A DNA stretch of 64,000 nucleotides from Vulcanimicrobiota bacterium. Its GTDB lineage: Bacteria > Vulcanimicrobiota > Vulcanimicrobiia > Vulcanimicrobiales > Vulcanimicrobiaceae. Both the position numbers and the translations under genes were made by a program. Where the stretch lies: contig CAVTCS010000003.1 in assembly GCA_963733295.1 (NCBI GenBank), forward strand, positions 320,001 through 384,000, in the 5' to 3' direction. Shown here in pieces: positions 1 to 9,072 of this stretch (its first letter is position 1; every line of letters begins with the position of its first letter). The notes beneath the pieces were generated by a model. It ran no database searches, was not told the origin of the DNA, and saw only the letters and a program-made list of their open reading frames with translations.

Positions 1-192
1 GTGCAGCGGAACGAGACGCAACGCCGGACCCAGCAAGACGACGAACAACGTCAGGAGCGCGACGCCTGCGAGCGTTCCGAGCCAAGCCGAGCGCCATCCG
101 CGCGTGACACCGACCGCGAGAACGATGGTCAGCGCTTCGACGAATTCGACGACCGAAGCGAAGAAGGCCGGTAAGACCGCGGTGAAGATCAC
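1..192 (-). CDS. COG4280-type membrane protein (5' part only; runs off window start)
   Basis: Not in ORF track. Hand translation from GTG192: MIFTAVLPAFFASVVEFVEALTIVLAVGVTRGWRSAWLGTLAGVALLTLFVVLLGPALRLVPLH, containing the EFVEALTIVLAVG motif. Confidence 0.8.
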   Translation of the reverse strand, partial: MIFTAVLPAFFASVVEFVEALTIVLAVGVTRGWRSAWLGTLAGVALLTLFVVLLGPALRLVPLH

Positions 193-210
193 CGGCCCGA
201 CTCGCTCACC

Positions 211-1119
211 TTACGACTGAACTCGGAAGTTCTGAATGAAGTCGCCGCTCGGCTCCGCCCAAACGGCCCAGACGTCTCCGGTTTTTGGATCGATGGCGAG
301 CGTGTGCGCACCGCGGGCGGCCGGTCCTTGCGCGACGACTTCGGGCGCCGCGGCCGGCTTGTCGAGCACGACGGTAATCATGCCGCTGCCGGCGCAGGCC
401 ATTCGATGTGACGCCGGATCGAGGCTGCATTGGTCGACGCGATCTTGGATCGGAGTCTTACCGATCAACTTACCCGTCTTGTCATACACGGCGATGAGGC
501 CGTTCAGGCCGCCGACCAGTATGTGGCCGTAGGCAGGATCGTACTGCAGCGGATGGTTGCCTTTGATCTCAGGCGTGGCAATCGTCTTGATGACCTTGAG
601 ACTCGAGCCGTCGACGATGACGAACTCCGAGAGGTCGGAGATGTTCTGATAGACGTCGTGCGTCTGGGGATCGACGGCGAGGAATTCGGGTTTGTGGCCG
701 GGCAAAGCGACCGTCCCGATGCTCTTCATCGTCTTCGCGTCGACGACGAAGATACGCGTCCCATTGCCTTCGTCGGCGTAGATGTGTCCGTTCCCGGGAT
801 CGTACGCGATCGCGTCGACGGCGCCGGCGACATCCGCTGAGCGCAGCACCGTCTTCGTCACGGGGTCGATCTCGGAAACCGTGTTCGCTTCACCGTCGCC
901 GGTAAAGACGTGCCCGGTTGCGGGATCGACTGCGACCCCGTGCAATGGCCCCACTCTGACTTGACCTAGAACGTTGCCCGAATCCGCGTCGACGATGAGC
1001 AGAGCACGGCTTCCGGTGTGCGCGGCGTAAACGCGCCGCCGTTCGGCGTCGACGGTCACGTAGTCGAAGCCACTTGAAATCGGTACGGAATGCGGGGGAG
1101 CTACGGGAGCGAGTGGCAT
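211..1119 (-). CDS. YncE-like beta-propeller protein
   Basis: GFDYVTVD start and repeated blade motifs (HGVAVDP, DAIAYDP, EFLAVDP, HTLAIDP); SD-like AAGGTGA upstream. Confidence 0.8.
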   Translation of the reverse strand: MPLAPVAPPHSVPISSGFDYVTVDAERRRVYAAHTGSRALLIVDADSGNVLGQVRVGPLHGVAVDPATGHVFTGDGEANTVSEIDPVTKTVLRSADVAGAVDAIAYDPGNGHIYADEGNGTRIFVVDAKTMKSIGTVALPGHKPEFLAVDPQTHDVYQNISDLSEFVIVDGSSLKVIKTIATPEIKGNHPLQYDPAYGHILVGGLNGLIAVYDKTGKLIGKTPIQDRVDQCSLDPASHRMACAGSGMITVVLDKPAAAPEVVAQGPAARGAHTLAIDPKTGDVWAVWAEPSGDFIQNFRVQS

Positions 1120-1132
1120 AAATCACCTTGCA

Positions 1133-2470
1133 TCAGTGCAGCAGCCTGCTTCGTACGACCCGCGTGCGTGAAAGCCGGTCGTGCGGTTGTATGCGCAGCG
1201 CCATGCCGAACACGGCCGGCACGACGCAAACTGAAGAAACCATGCCGACGAGGTAACGCCACAGTGCTTGACCTACCGGGACGCGCTCGAATTTTCGGGT
1301 CACCACGCGCACCTCGGTGATCATCATCCCGAGGGTCTGACCACTCAGTGCGACGAGCAGGAAGCTGTAAAGGAAGAAGGCGAGGAAAAACTTCGGGTCG
1401 GTGACCGAAAAGTGGAGTGGCGGAATTTTCTCGAGCCAGGGAAAGGTTTTGTAAAGATCTTTGAGATCCAACATGGTCGACTGATCCATCGTCGTCCGCG
1501 AGGCGATTCCGGACTGAACGATGGCGGATACGACGAACGAATCGAGCACGACCGCCGAGAGCCGTCTCAGCGGCGTTGCGCAGTCCCGCCGGCGCACGAA
1601 CTGTCCGTGCACGGGAGGTTGCGGCAACTCGCCTTTCCGTTCGACGCGACCGATTTCTCCGCGCCAATAGTCTGCCAGGCCGGAGTTTGCAAACGTCTGG
1701 AGCGCCTTGAGGCGATTCGTCGCGAAGGGAACCGCCGAACTCCACTCGCCGAGTCGCAGCCGGCCGTCGCCTTCGAGCGCAGTTTGTTGTTCGGCCAGGG
1801 CTTCGTAGTCGATGTGGCGCCCGATGGCGTGAAACGTCGTAATCGCGATTGCGGATTTCGCATTTTCAAGCGAATCGCAAAAAAGCAACCCCACGCGGTC
1901 GGCGGTGTACTCCGTCTTGCGAAGCCACGGTCCGAAAAGAATCGAAACGAAGGGATTCTCGCGGCCCGAAGCGCTGAACAGCGACGCGATTCGAGTGTGT
2001 CCCGCCGCGATGTGAGCGAGTTCGCGAGCGATGAGGAAGCGCAATTCGGGCCGGCGTAGATGCTCGAAATACTGGCTGGAAATGACCAGGGCGTAGGGTT
2101 CTTCCGTGCCGACGGATGCGAGCGGCACGAACGGGTCGTCGCGGATGAAGACGAGGGGCACGCCGACTCCGAGATCGGCCGCGATCGCACCGACGTCGGC
2201 GAAGACCTCCGGGAACTGACGCTCGTTGATGCGGACGCTGTTCCCGAGCAAGCGGCCGCGCGCCAGCGAAACGAGAACGAGCCCCACGACGACCAGCAGC
2301 ACGACCTCGCTGACGGTGATTCCATGGAAGAAGAGGCCAACCAGCACGACCGCCAGCGGCGCTGCTGCCAGCGAGAGCAGCAACGCTATGCGCTCTCGCG
2401 GAACGCGCAAGGAACGCGGCCCGGCGAAGAGTGAGGTGGGCGCCGCAGGTGCGACTCCGGCCAACTGCAC
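1133..2470 (-). CDS. M48 peptidase-like domain fused to C-terminal RDD domain (membrane protein)
   Basis: Two N-terminal TM helices, ARELAHIAAGH, RKTEYTADR; RDD motifs RRLSAVVLD, GQTLGM, HDRLSRTRVV. Start uncertain (2470 or 2500). Confidence 0.8.
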   Translation of the reverse strand: MQLAGVAPAAPTSLFAGPRSLRVPRERIALLLSLAAAPLAVVLVGLFFHGITVSEVVLLVVVGLVLVSLARGRLLGNSVRINERQFPEVFADVGAIAADLGVGVPLVFIRDDPFVPLASVGTEEPYALVISSQYFEHLRRPELRFLIARELAHIAAGHTRIASLFSASGRENPFVSILFGPWLRKTEYTADRVGLLFCDSLENAKSAIAITTFHAIGRHIDYEALAEQQTALEGDGRLRLGEWSSAVPFATNRLKALQTFANSGLADYWRGEIGRVERKGELPQPPVHGQFVRRRDCATPLRRLSAVVLDSFVVSAIVQSGIASRTTMDQSTMLDLKDLYKTFPWLEKIPPLHFSVTDPKFFLAFFLYSFLLVALSGQTLGMMITEVRVVTRKFERVPVGQALWRYLVGMVSSVCVVPAVFGMALRIQPHDRLSRTRVVRSRLLH

Positions 2471-2533
2471 CGAGTTCAACTCTTGCGCGCCGCGGCACAA
2501 GTCCTGCCGAGTCGCCGTTGCCGGCGGCGTCTT

Positions 2534-2977
2534 TTAAGCGGCGAGCGTGGCCTTCAGGGAGATCGGAACCGCCTTAAGCGCTTTGCTCAGCGGACACGAT
2601 TCCTTTGCTTCAGTAGCGTACTTTTGGAAGTCCGCGCTTGAGATGCCGGGAACTTTGCCGGTCACCTCGAGCTCGATCGTTGTGATCGAGAAGCCCGGCC
2701 CGTCGCGGTCGAGGTGCACGAGCGCTTTCGAATCGAGGGAAGCCGGCGGATGCCCGGCTCTGCTGAGCACGGCGCTGAGCGCCATCGTGAAACAAGCCGC
2801 GTGCGAAGCCCCGAGGAGTTCCTCGGGATTCGTTCCGGGATCGCCGCTAAAGCGGGTTCCGAACGAGTAGTCGGCTTGAACCTTTCCGCTTTCGGTGGCG
2901 ATCGATCCGCGCCCGTGCGCAACGTCGCCTTCCCAGTGCACAGAAGCCGAGCGAACGATTTTTTCTGGAGGATTCAT
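2534..2977 (-). CDS. osmC: OsmC family peroxiredoxin
   Basis: GTNPEELLGASHAACFTMAL and AKESCPLSKAL with both catalytic Cys. Confidence 0.92.
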   Translation of the reverse strand: MNPPEKIVRSASVHWEGDVAHGRGSIATESGKVQADYSFGTRFSGDPGTNPEELLGASHAACFTMALSAVLSRAGHPPASLDSKALVHLDRDGPGFSITTIELEVTGKVPGISSADFQKYATEAKESCPLSKALKAVPISLKATLAA

Positions 2978-2986
2978 ACCGCCTTC

Positions 2987-3012
2987 GACGCGCCGCTTCG
3001 GCGGAAGGTTTC
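2987..3012 (-). promoter_or_regulatory. Putative ECF-sigma promoter of osmC
   Basis: GAAACC-N16-CGTC ending 9 nt before the osmC ATG. Confidence 0.55.
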
Positions 3013-3088
3013 ACGGGTTTCCCGCGCGCACTCGAGGCTCGCGGGAGGGCAGGCGGAGGTCGCGTTGAACGAGGCTCAAACCTCGCGC

Positions 3089-3164
3089 GCCGACGTAGCT
3101 CAGTTGGTAGAGCAGCTGTTTCGTAAATAGCAGGTCAGCGGTTCAAGTCCGCTCGTCGGCTCCA
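3089..3164 (+). tRNA. tRNA-Thr(CGT)
   Basis: Acceptor stem GCCGACG/CGTCGGC, D-arm TAGCTCAGTTGGTAGAGC, anticodon loop TTCGTAA, T-loop GGTTCAAGTCC, encoded CCA; 76 nt. Confidence 0.97.
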
Positions 3165-3167
3165 ACG

Positions 3168-3197
3168 GAGCCTCGTGAATCCGAGGTTCTTTTCTTT
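3168..3197 (+). terminator. Intrinsic terminator after the tRNA
   Basis: GAGCCTCG-N6-CGAGGTTC stem followed by TTTTCTTT. Confidence 0.7.
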
Positions 3198-3231
3198 GCC
3201 TCCCGCTTGCGGGGAGTCCGGTGGCCCACAT

Positions 3232-4038
3232 TTGATCGTGCACCTCATCGACGGAACGTACGAGCTGTTTCGCCACTTTTACGGCCTGCGCCGCATCGCC
3301 GATGGTAAGGAGCGGCCGTTCGGCGCCGTCGTCGGCGTGCTCAACACCGTGCTCCAGATGGCCGCCGAAGGGGCTACTCACATCGGGGTTGCCACCGATC
3401 ATATCATCGAGTCGTTTCGAAACGAGCTCTGGCAAGGATACAAGACGGGCGCGGGAATCGATCCGAAGCTTCGCGCTCAGTTCCAGCCTCTGGAAGAGGC
3501 TCTCGTTGCGATGGGCGTTACCGTCTGGCCGATGATCGAGCTCGAAGCCGACGATGCGCTCGCCTCAGCGGCCGCCCTTGCGTCGATGAATCCGCTCGTC
3601 GAGAAAGTTTGCATCTGGACACCGGATAAGGACCTCGCGCAGTGCGTTCGCGGCGAGCGTGTGGTTCAAGTCGACCGAAAGAGCAAGGCCATTCGAGATG
3701 CTGCCGGCGTGCGCGCGCGGTTCGGAGTGGATCCGCTGCAGATCCCGGACTACCTCGCGCTCGTCGGCGATAGCGCCGACGGCTACCCCGGCATTGCCCG
3801 CATCGGACCAAAAGGCGCGGTCGCGCTCCTCACGCGCTATGGCAGTATCGAGGATTTCCCATCAGAGGTATTGGGCGAACGTCAAGCTCTTGCGCTGTTA
3901 TTCAAAACGCTAGCAACGCTCCGGACCGATGCGCCCCTCTTCACGGATGTGGGCGAGCTGGAGTGGCGCGGGCCAACCGCAGAATTTGACGGCTATTGCA
4001 AGAGGCTCAAGCGCGCCCGACCTTGTCGAGCGCGCTGA
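3232..4038 (+). CDS. Stand-alone 5'-3' exonuclease / flap endonuclease (PolA N-terminal domain-like)
   Basis: HLIDGTYELFR, YKTG, EADDALAS, DKDLAQ, LALVGDSADGYPGI..IGPKGA. The C-terminus may be frameshifted (alternative end 4069). Confidence 0.9.
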   Translation: MIVHLIDGTYELFRHFYGLRRIADGKERPFGAVVGVLNTVLQMAAEGATHIGVATDHIIESFRNELWQGYKTGAGIDPKLRAQFQPLEEALVAMGVTVWPMIELEADDALASAAALASMNPLVEKVCIWTPDKDLAQCVRGERVVQVDRKSKAIRDAAGVRARFGVDPLQIPDYLALVGDSADGYPGIARIGPKGAVALLTRYGSIEDFPSEVLGERQALALLFKTLATLRTDAPLFTDVGELEWRGPTAEFDGYCKRLKRARPCRAR

Positions 4039-4106
4039 AAAAGCGCTATTGCTGCGCTCACGACGGTGAGAGCGCGAAAACCCTTTCGTAAAGGCAAAGC
4101 GCCGCG

Positions 4107-4850
4107 TTAGGTCCAGCGGAAGGTTCGCGCGCTAACGAACGTTCCGGCGATCGTCCAAGCCACCAGCGCGAGAATCCATCCGCCGTATTCGGTCAGGGAA
4201 GCGCCCGCCGTCGAGACGGCGCGAAAAATCTCGATGAACTGCGTCGACGGCAGGAGCCGCAACAGGTCCGGGGTCGGGTGCGGAAAGCGATCGATCGGGA
4301 TGTAGGCGTCCGAAAGAAAAGCGAGCGGTACCGTCAGAATCGAAGCGATGTTGTTCGCGCTTTCCGTGGTCCGGGCGAGCGCGCCGATGATCGTCCCGAG
4401 TGAAATGAACGTCGCGGTACCGAGCAGCAAGATCAGCAAGATCTCGAGTGGGTTTCCGTTAATCTTGACATGGAACACGACTGCCCCGACGGCTACCAGA
4501 ATAACCGCTTGAGCGGCGAGCAGAGTCATCCGGTACGCGACGAGTGACGCGAAGAACAACCAAGATGGAAGCGGCGTGAGATAGACGCGCCTCAGGAGAT
4601 GCTTTTCGCGGAACGTAGCGAGCATGACGCCTACGCCCCAAAAGCCCGAACTCAATACTTGCGCGCCGATGATGCCGGGAACGAGAAACGTCGATGTTCG
4701 CGTCGACGGTCCACTCGAGAACGCAAACGAGAACAGTACGAGGAAGAAGACGGGCATCGCCAGCGTCCAGAAGATCATCTCGCCGTCGCGACGGAAGTAC
4801 CACGTAAAGTTCATGCGCGTCTGCGTTACGAACATGCGCACGAGGTTCAT
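4107..4850 (-). CDS. ABC-2 type transporter permease
   Basis: Six hydrophobic segments, FLVPG, REKHLLRRVYLTP, ends FRWT; ATGA overlap with the ATPase. Confidence 0.88.
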   Translation of the reverse strand: MNLVRMFVTQTRMNFTWYFRRDGEMIFWTLAMPVFFLVLFSFAFSSGPSTRTSTFLVPGIIGAQVLSSGFWGVGVMLATFREKHLLRRVYLTPLPSWLFFASLVAYRMTLLAAQAVILVAVGAVVFHVKINGNPLEILLILLLGTATFISLGTIIGALARTTESANNIASILTVPLAFLSDAYIPIDRFPHPTPDLLRLLPSTQFIEIFRAVSTAGASLTEYGGWILALVAWTIAGTFVSARTFRWT

Positions 4851-5773
4851 TGCCCTTCTCCAATTCGCTCGCCGGTCAAGGCGATGAACGCGTCTTCCAA
4901 ATCCGGTCGATGCATGTCGAGTGAGGTGATGGCTGCCCGTGTTGCGTTCGCTTTGGTCACGACTGCCGCGAGCGCCAGACCAGGCTCTTGGCCGGTCACG
5001 AGCTGCCACTCACCGCTACTTTCGACCCACGTCCCAAGCGTCCGTAATTCCGCGTCCGGCTCGAAACCGTCGGCCCGAACGCAAACGCGCGCGGCACCTC
5101 CAAAGCGCGCGACGAGGTTTGTGGGCGTGTCTTCGGCGACGATCTTGCCTCGCTGCATGACGCAGACCGTATCGCAGAGCCGTTCGGCTTCCTCGATGTA
5201 ATGCGTGGTCAGCACGATCGTCTTTTTCGCTTCGCGCAGCTTCTCGACTTCTGCCCACAAGATGCGCCTTCCGAAGGCGTCCATTCCGGCCGTCGGTTCA
5301 TCGAGGAATACAACGTCCGGATCGTGTTGTAACGCAAGGGCCAACGCCAGGCGCTGCTGCTCGCCACCCGACATCTGAGCGATTTGCCTATCGAGCTTCC
5401 CCTCGAGACCGACGCGCTCGGCCATCTCCGCGGGGCGCGGCGCAATCGAATAGTATGTAGCGTACAAGGTCAGTACTTCGCCGGCAGTCGCCTTCTCCGG
5501 CAGCGACGTTGATTGCAATTGGACGCCGAAGAGGCGCTTGAGTTTGGCAAAGTCGCGAGCGTTTGCCGGGTCGAGACCGGCGATGCGGATGGAGCCGGCG
5601 TTGGGCTTGTTTAGCCCGATGCAGCATTCGAGCGTCGTCGTCTTGCCCGCCCCGTTGCGCCCGAGTAGCCCGAAGATCGTGCCCCCAGGCACGCGGAAGC
5701 TGATCCCGTCGACCGCATGCACGTCGCCGTAGTATTTAGCTAGATCCTCGACCACGATCGCGTCGGCAGGCAC
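4847..5773 (-). CDS. ABC transporter ATP-binding protein (DrrA-like)
   Basis: Walker A GRNGAGKTT, signature MSGGE, Walker B VVFLDEPT, H-loop TTHY, C-terminal LEDAFIALTG. Confidence 0.93.
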   Translation of the reverse strand: MPADAIVVEDLAKYYGDVHAVDGISFRVPGGTIFGLLGRNGAGKTTTLECCIGLNKPNAGSIRIAGLDPANARDFAKLKRLFGVQLQSTSLPEKATAGEVLTLYATYYSIAPRPAEMAERVGLEGKLDRQIAQMSGGEQQRLALALALQHDPDVVFLDEPTAGMDAFGRRILWAEVEKLREAKKTIVLTTHYIEEAERLCDTVCVMQRGKIVAEDTPTNLVARFGGAARVCVRADGFEPDAELRTLGTWVESSGEWQLVTGQEPGLALAAVVTKANATRAAITSLDMHRPDLEDAFIALTGERIGEGQ

Positions 5774-5858
5774 GTGACTGTATACCGCACGGAACCTCAA
5801 GAGTTTGCGCCGGCGGCCGTCGCGGACGCCGCTTAGCGTCCGTGGGTTTCTTTACGCG

Positions 5859-6428
5859 TTAGGAGGATTGCAGTTTTTGGGATATCGCTCCAGCGGTCCC
5901 GTGCAGCCGGTTGAGCCTGATGCTCAGGCCGATCTGCAGTATTCCGAAGAGGATCGCGTAGAACGCAATGATCCAGATGACCGCGAGCGCCCCGGAACCC
6001 GGATCGCGCAGGATCAAAATGCCGAAGACGATCGAGGCGATGCCGCCGAGCACGTAGAGCCACTCGTTCTGCAGCACGTCGCGCATTTGAATGCCCCCGA
6101 CGATCTCGAGGATCCCCGTGATGATCGCCCAGAACGCAATCGCGTAGACCAGCGCGACGGCGCTCATGAACGGCTGCGTCAAAACGAAGCCGGCCACGAT
6201 CAGACCGACGAGACCTTCGACGACCAGCACCCACCAGCGGGATCCGCTGCCGCCGCTGAACGCGGCTCCGAGCGCGAAAACGCCGTCGACGAAAGCGTAC
6301 GCACCGAAAAGAATCGTCAGTGCACCGAGCGCGATGCCTGGCCACATCACTGCGAGGACGCCGAACAAGATAGCGGCGATTCCGCGAATGAGAAAGACCC
6401 ACCACCGACTTGCGAGACTTGCTAACAT
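5859..6428 (-). CDS. HdeD/DUF308 family membrane protein
   Basis: WWVFLIRGIAAILFG, LFGAYAFVDG, WAIITGILEI; GGAGG SD before ATG6428. Confidence 0.88.
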   Translation of the reverse strand: MLASLASRWWVFLIRGIAAILFGVLAVMWPGIALGALTILFGAYAFVDGVFALGAAFSGGSGSRWWVLVVEGLVGLIVAGFVLTQPFMSAVALVYAIAFWAIITGILEIVGGIQMRDVLQNEWLYVLGGIASIVFGILILRDPGSGALAVIWIIAFYAILFGILQIGLSIRLNRLHGTAGAISQKLQSS

Positions 6429-6674
6429 AGAACGCCTCCCTTTCCAGCACAACCAAGCATACCTCACTCGGCGTTGCCCAGCCAGCCGAAAAACTCGCAA
6501 TGACTGCCGGGCCAGCGTTGCAGCCAGGGTTGTTCGCAACTTCGTGCACGAGATGTAGGGCAAAAGTCCCATATCGGCGAGCAAAGACTTGCCCGGCGGC
6601 AGAGTGAACAAGCCGGCCTCTCCGGAGCCGCAATCCGCCTCGCCACGCGGCGAGTCAGTTTCGCGGAAGTCAGT

Positions 6675-7099
6675 TCACTTAAACGTGACGGGAACGTCGA
6701 CCGAGACGGACGCTCCGGTGGCAGTTGTCGCGGTGAAGTGAAGCTTGATGTGTTTTACAATCAGATCGGCGCCGGCGTGGGGCAGCCTCGCTTCGCTCGT
6801 AAAGACGCCGGTGCGATCTGCGTCAGAGGGCCGGATTTGCTGCCGTTGCCCGTCGTGACTTTAATGACGTCGGGGGTGGTAGTGACGCGAATGTCGATCG
6901 GGCCGCCGCCGTGCAGATTATTGGAGTTCAATTCCACTTCGAGGATGCCGGGCGTTCCGGTCTGCGGTGCCGGCGTAAACGTGTACCCGTACACCGGCGT
7001 CGGGGCCGCAGGCGCGGGTGAGGTTTGGGCGACGGCCGTCGAGGCTAGCCCCGCAAACACGAGAAGCAGAAGAGCGCACAGACGGCACGCACTTGACAT
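6675..7099 (-). pseudogene. Secreted hypothetical protein, frameshifted near 6808
   Basis: Signal peptide plus Pro-rich linker. Adding one G at 6808-6809 continues as GVFTSEARLPHAGADLIVKHIKLHFTATTATGASVSVDVPVTFK to TGA 6675-6677. Confidence 0.65.
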
Positions 7100-7344
7100 G
7101 GCCGTTTCTTCAGCGACGTCACGAATTTTCCCCTCGCGGGCGTCTCTACCGCTAACTAAGAATTAAGACGAGCCGCAAACGCTGCTCGTATCCGACAGCG
7201 GCGGCGTCCCGAGACGTTTCGCCGTCCGCCGGCGAACGCGCACGTCGCGCGATCGACCACGCTTGTACCGCGACGCGTCACAATGCGCGCGTTCGATCGC
7301 TCGCCGCGAGGTGCCGCCGCCGGAGCGGCCCAAACTGTGGGTCC

Positions 7345-9009
7345 TTGGCTTTCACCTCGGGTCACGGCCGCTTCCGCGCCGCAAGGATCGCGTCGCTCGC
7401 GTGCGGGATCCTGCTCGCTTCTTGTGGCGGCGGGACGAACACGCCATCGAGAAGGGGGCCGACGCCGGCGGCAACGTCGACCGCGAATCTGACGCCGTCA
7501 CCCGCGGCGTCATCGAGTTCCTCGCCGGCGGCCACGCCGTTTGTTGCCCTGCATACGTATTTCTTGTCTCCGACCGGCAACGATGGTAACAACGGCACGT
7601 CCGCAACGGTTTGCGGTACGAATTGCGGTCCGTGGCGAACCCCAAAGCATTCGGTGCAGTGTGGCGATGTCATCATCACCGCAGCCGGTGCCTATTCGAC
7701 GGGCCAATTTGGAGTCGGATCTTGGGGCACCGTCAGCTCGTGTCCATCGACGACCGCAGGCATAAGCGGAACCGGCGGCATCTATTTTGCCACCGTGCTT
7801 TGTGCGGGACCAAAAATAACGAGTTGCAACGTGAACGGCGGTTCTAACGAAGCCTTTCGCATCGATCAGTCAAATTGGGCGGCCGAGGGGTTTTACGGTA
7901 CGCAGCTCGCCTCAGCAAATGGATCTTGCTTCTCGGCGACCTCCGAAACCAGCACGCCGCTACATCATATTGCTTTTATCAACGACATTGCCGTAAATTG
8001 CTCTCTCGCCGGATTCGATAGTTACTCCTGGAACGGCCTCACCGGCGGTGTCGACCAGCAAGCTGTGGTTGGAACGATCACCTTTAACGGGGCTCCAAGT
8101 ACCAACGGCGCCGGAATCTGTGGAAGCGGCATCTCGCTTATCCCGGTCAACGGCCCGGATGCGAGTGCCGGCACTCACGTCTTCGTCGCTGGCTCTTTTG
8201 CGTACAAGAACATCAACGCGCCAGTTGGTGCGGGATGCAACACGGATGGCGAAGGTTTGATCTTCGACTCATGGGGCATCCTTTCGTATCGCAATCAGGC
8301 AGTCGTCGAGCAGAATGCGTTCTGGGCGAACGGATCGGCCGGCTTTGAAGCGTTCCCGCAGGGCAACCACTCGTCACAGGATGAGGCGACCATCGTTCTT
8401 TTCAACAACACGACTTACGGAAATTATCAGGATCCGAAGAATCCGGGCGGCGCAGAACTGTTCTTCAACCAAATCTATCCCACGGGGACCGGCAGTTACA
8501 CAATCACAAACAATATCTTTGAAGCGACCGTGGGGAGCGCCGGAGACAACGGGACCACCACAGTCAGAGGCGCCGAAATCGACTGCGTCAACTCTTGTTC
8601 ACAAGTCGACATTAGCGGAAACTACATTTGGAATAATAACCCGCCGACCACGACCGCGACGGGTGGGGAGAATACGCACGCATGGATTAGCAACGTCGAT
8701 TCGGGCGCGGCGTGGCCGTGGGGGGCGAATACGTACAATGACCCCGGCCTCGCGAACCCTGGCGCTCTGCCGGCCGCCGCCCCCGATTGCTCCAGCTATG
8801 CGAACACGACGGCTTGCACGGTGGGCTTGGGCGTGGTCGCGGATCTCATGCCGAGCGGTGCCGCGGCGGGGAAAGGTTACCAGCCCCCAGGAGCGTGTAC
8901 CGCCGACGCATATTTCCCCACTTGGCTCAAGGGCGTCGTTTATCTATCCTGGGACGGATCGACCTTGGTCGAAAATGGTGGCCTAATAACGAAGCCCTGC
9001 AACCTGTAA
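7345..9009 (+). CDS. Cys-rich lipoprotein with probable right-handed parallel beta-helix (pectin-lyase-like) domain
   Basis: Lipobox LASC, S/T/P stalk, YFLSPTGNDGNNG..PWRT..CGDVI..AGAY cap motif, Asn-ladder strands (QNAFWANG, NNTTYGN, ITNNIF). Confidence 0.72.
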   Translation: MAFTSGHGRFRAARIASLACGILLASCGGGTNTPSRRGPTPAATSTANLTPSPAASSSSSPAATPFVALHTYFLSPTGNDGNNGTSATVCGTNCGPWRTPKHSVQCGDVIITAAGAYSTGQFGVGSWGTVSSCPSTTAGISGTGGIYFATVLCAGPKITSCNVNGGSNEAFRIDQSNWAAEGFYGTQLASANGSCFSATSETSTPLHHIAFINDIAVNCSLAGFDSYSWNGLTGGVDQQAVVGTITFNGAPSTNGAGICGSGISLIPVNGPDASAGTHVFVAGSFAYKNINAPVGAGCNTDGEGLIFDSWGILSYRNQAVVEQNAFWANGSAGFEAFPQGNHSSQDEATIVLFNNTTYGNYQDPKNPGGAELFFNQIYPTGTGSYTITNNIFEATVGSAGDNGTTTVRGAEIDCVNSCSQVDISGNYIWNNNPPTTTATGGENTHAWISNVDSGAAWPWGANTYNDPGLANPGALPAAAPDCSSYANTTACTVGLGVVADLMPSGAAAGKGYQPPGACTADAYFPTWLKGVVYLSWDGSTLVENGGLITKPCNL

Positions 9010-9072
9010 GAAGAACATCGATGCGCGCTGTTCGCTGACCTTCGGACTGCAATGACAGGTGCGTCTTCGTTA

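Noticed and set aside
6552..6594. Imperfect inverted repeats upstream of the HdeD-like gene (LuxR-type site or riboswitch)
   Set aside because: Too degenerate, with no second copy or cognate regulator in the window.
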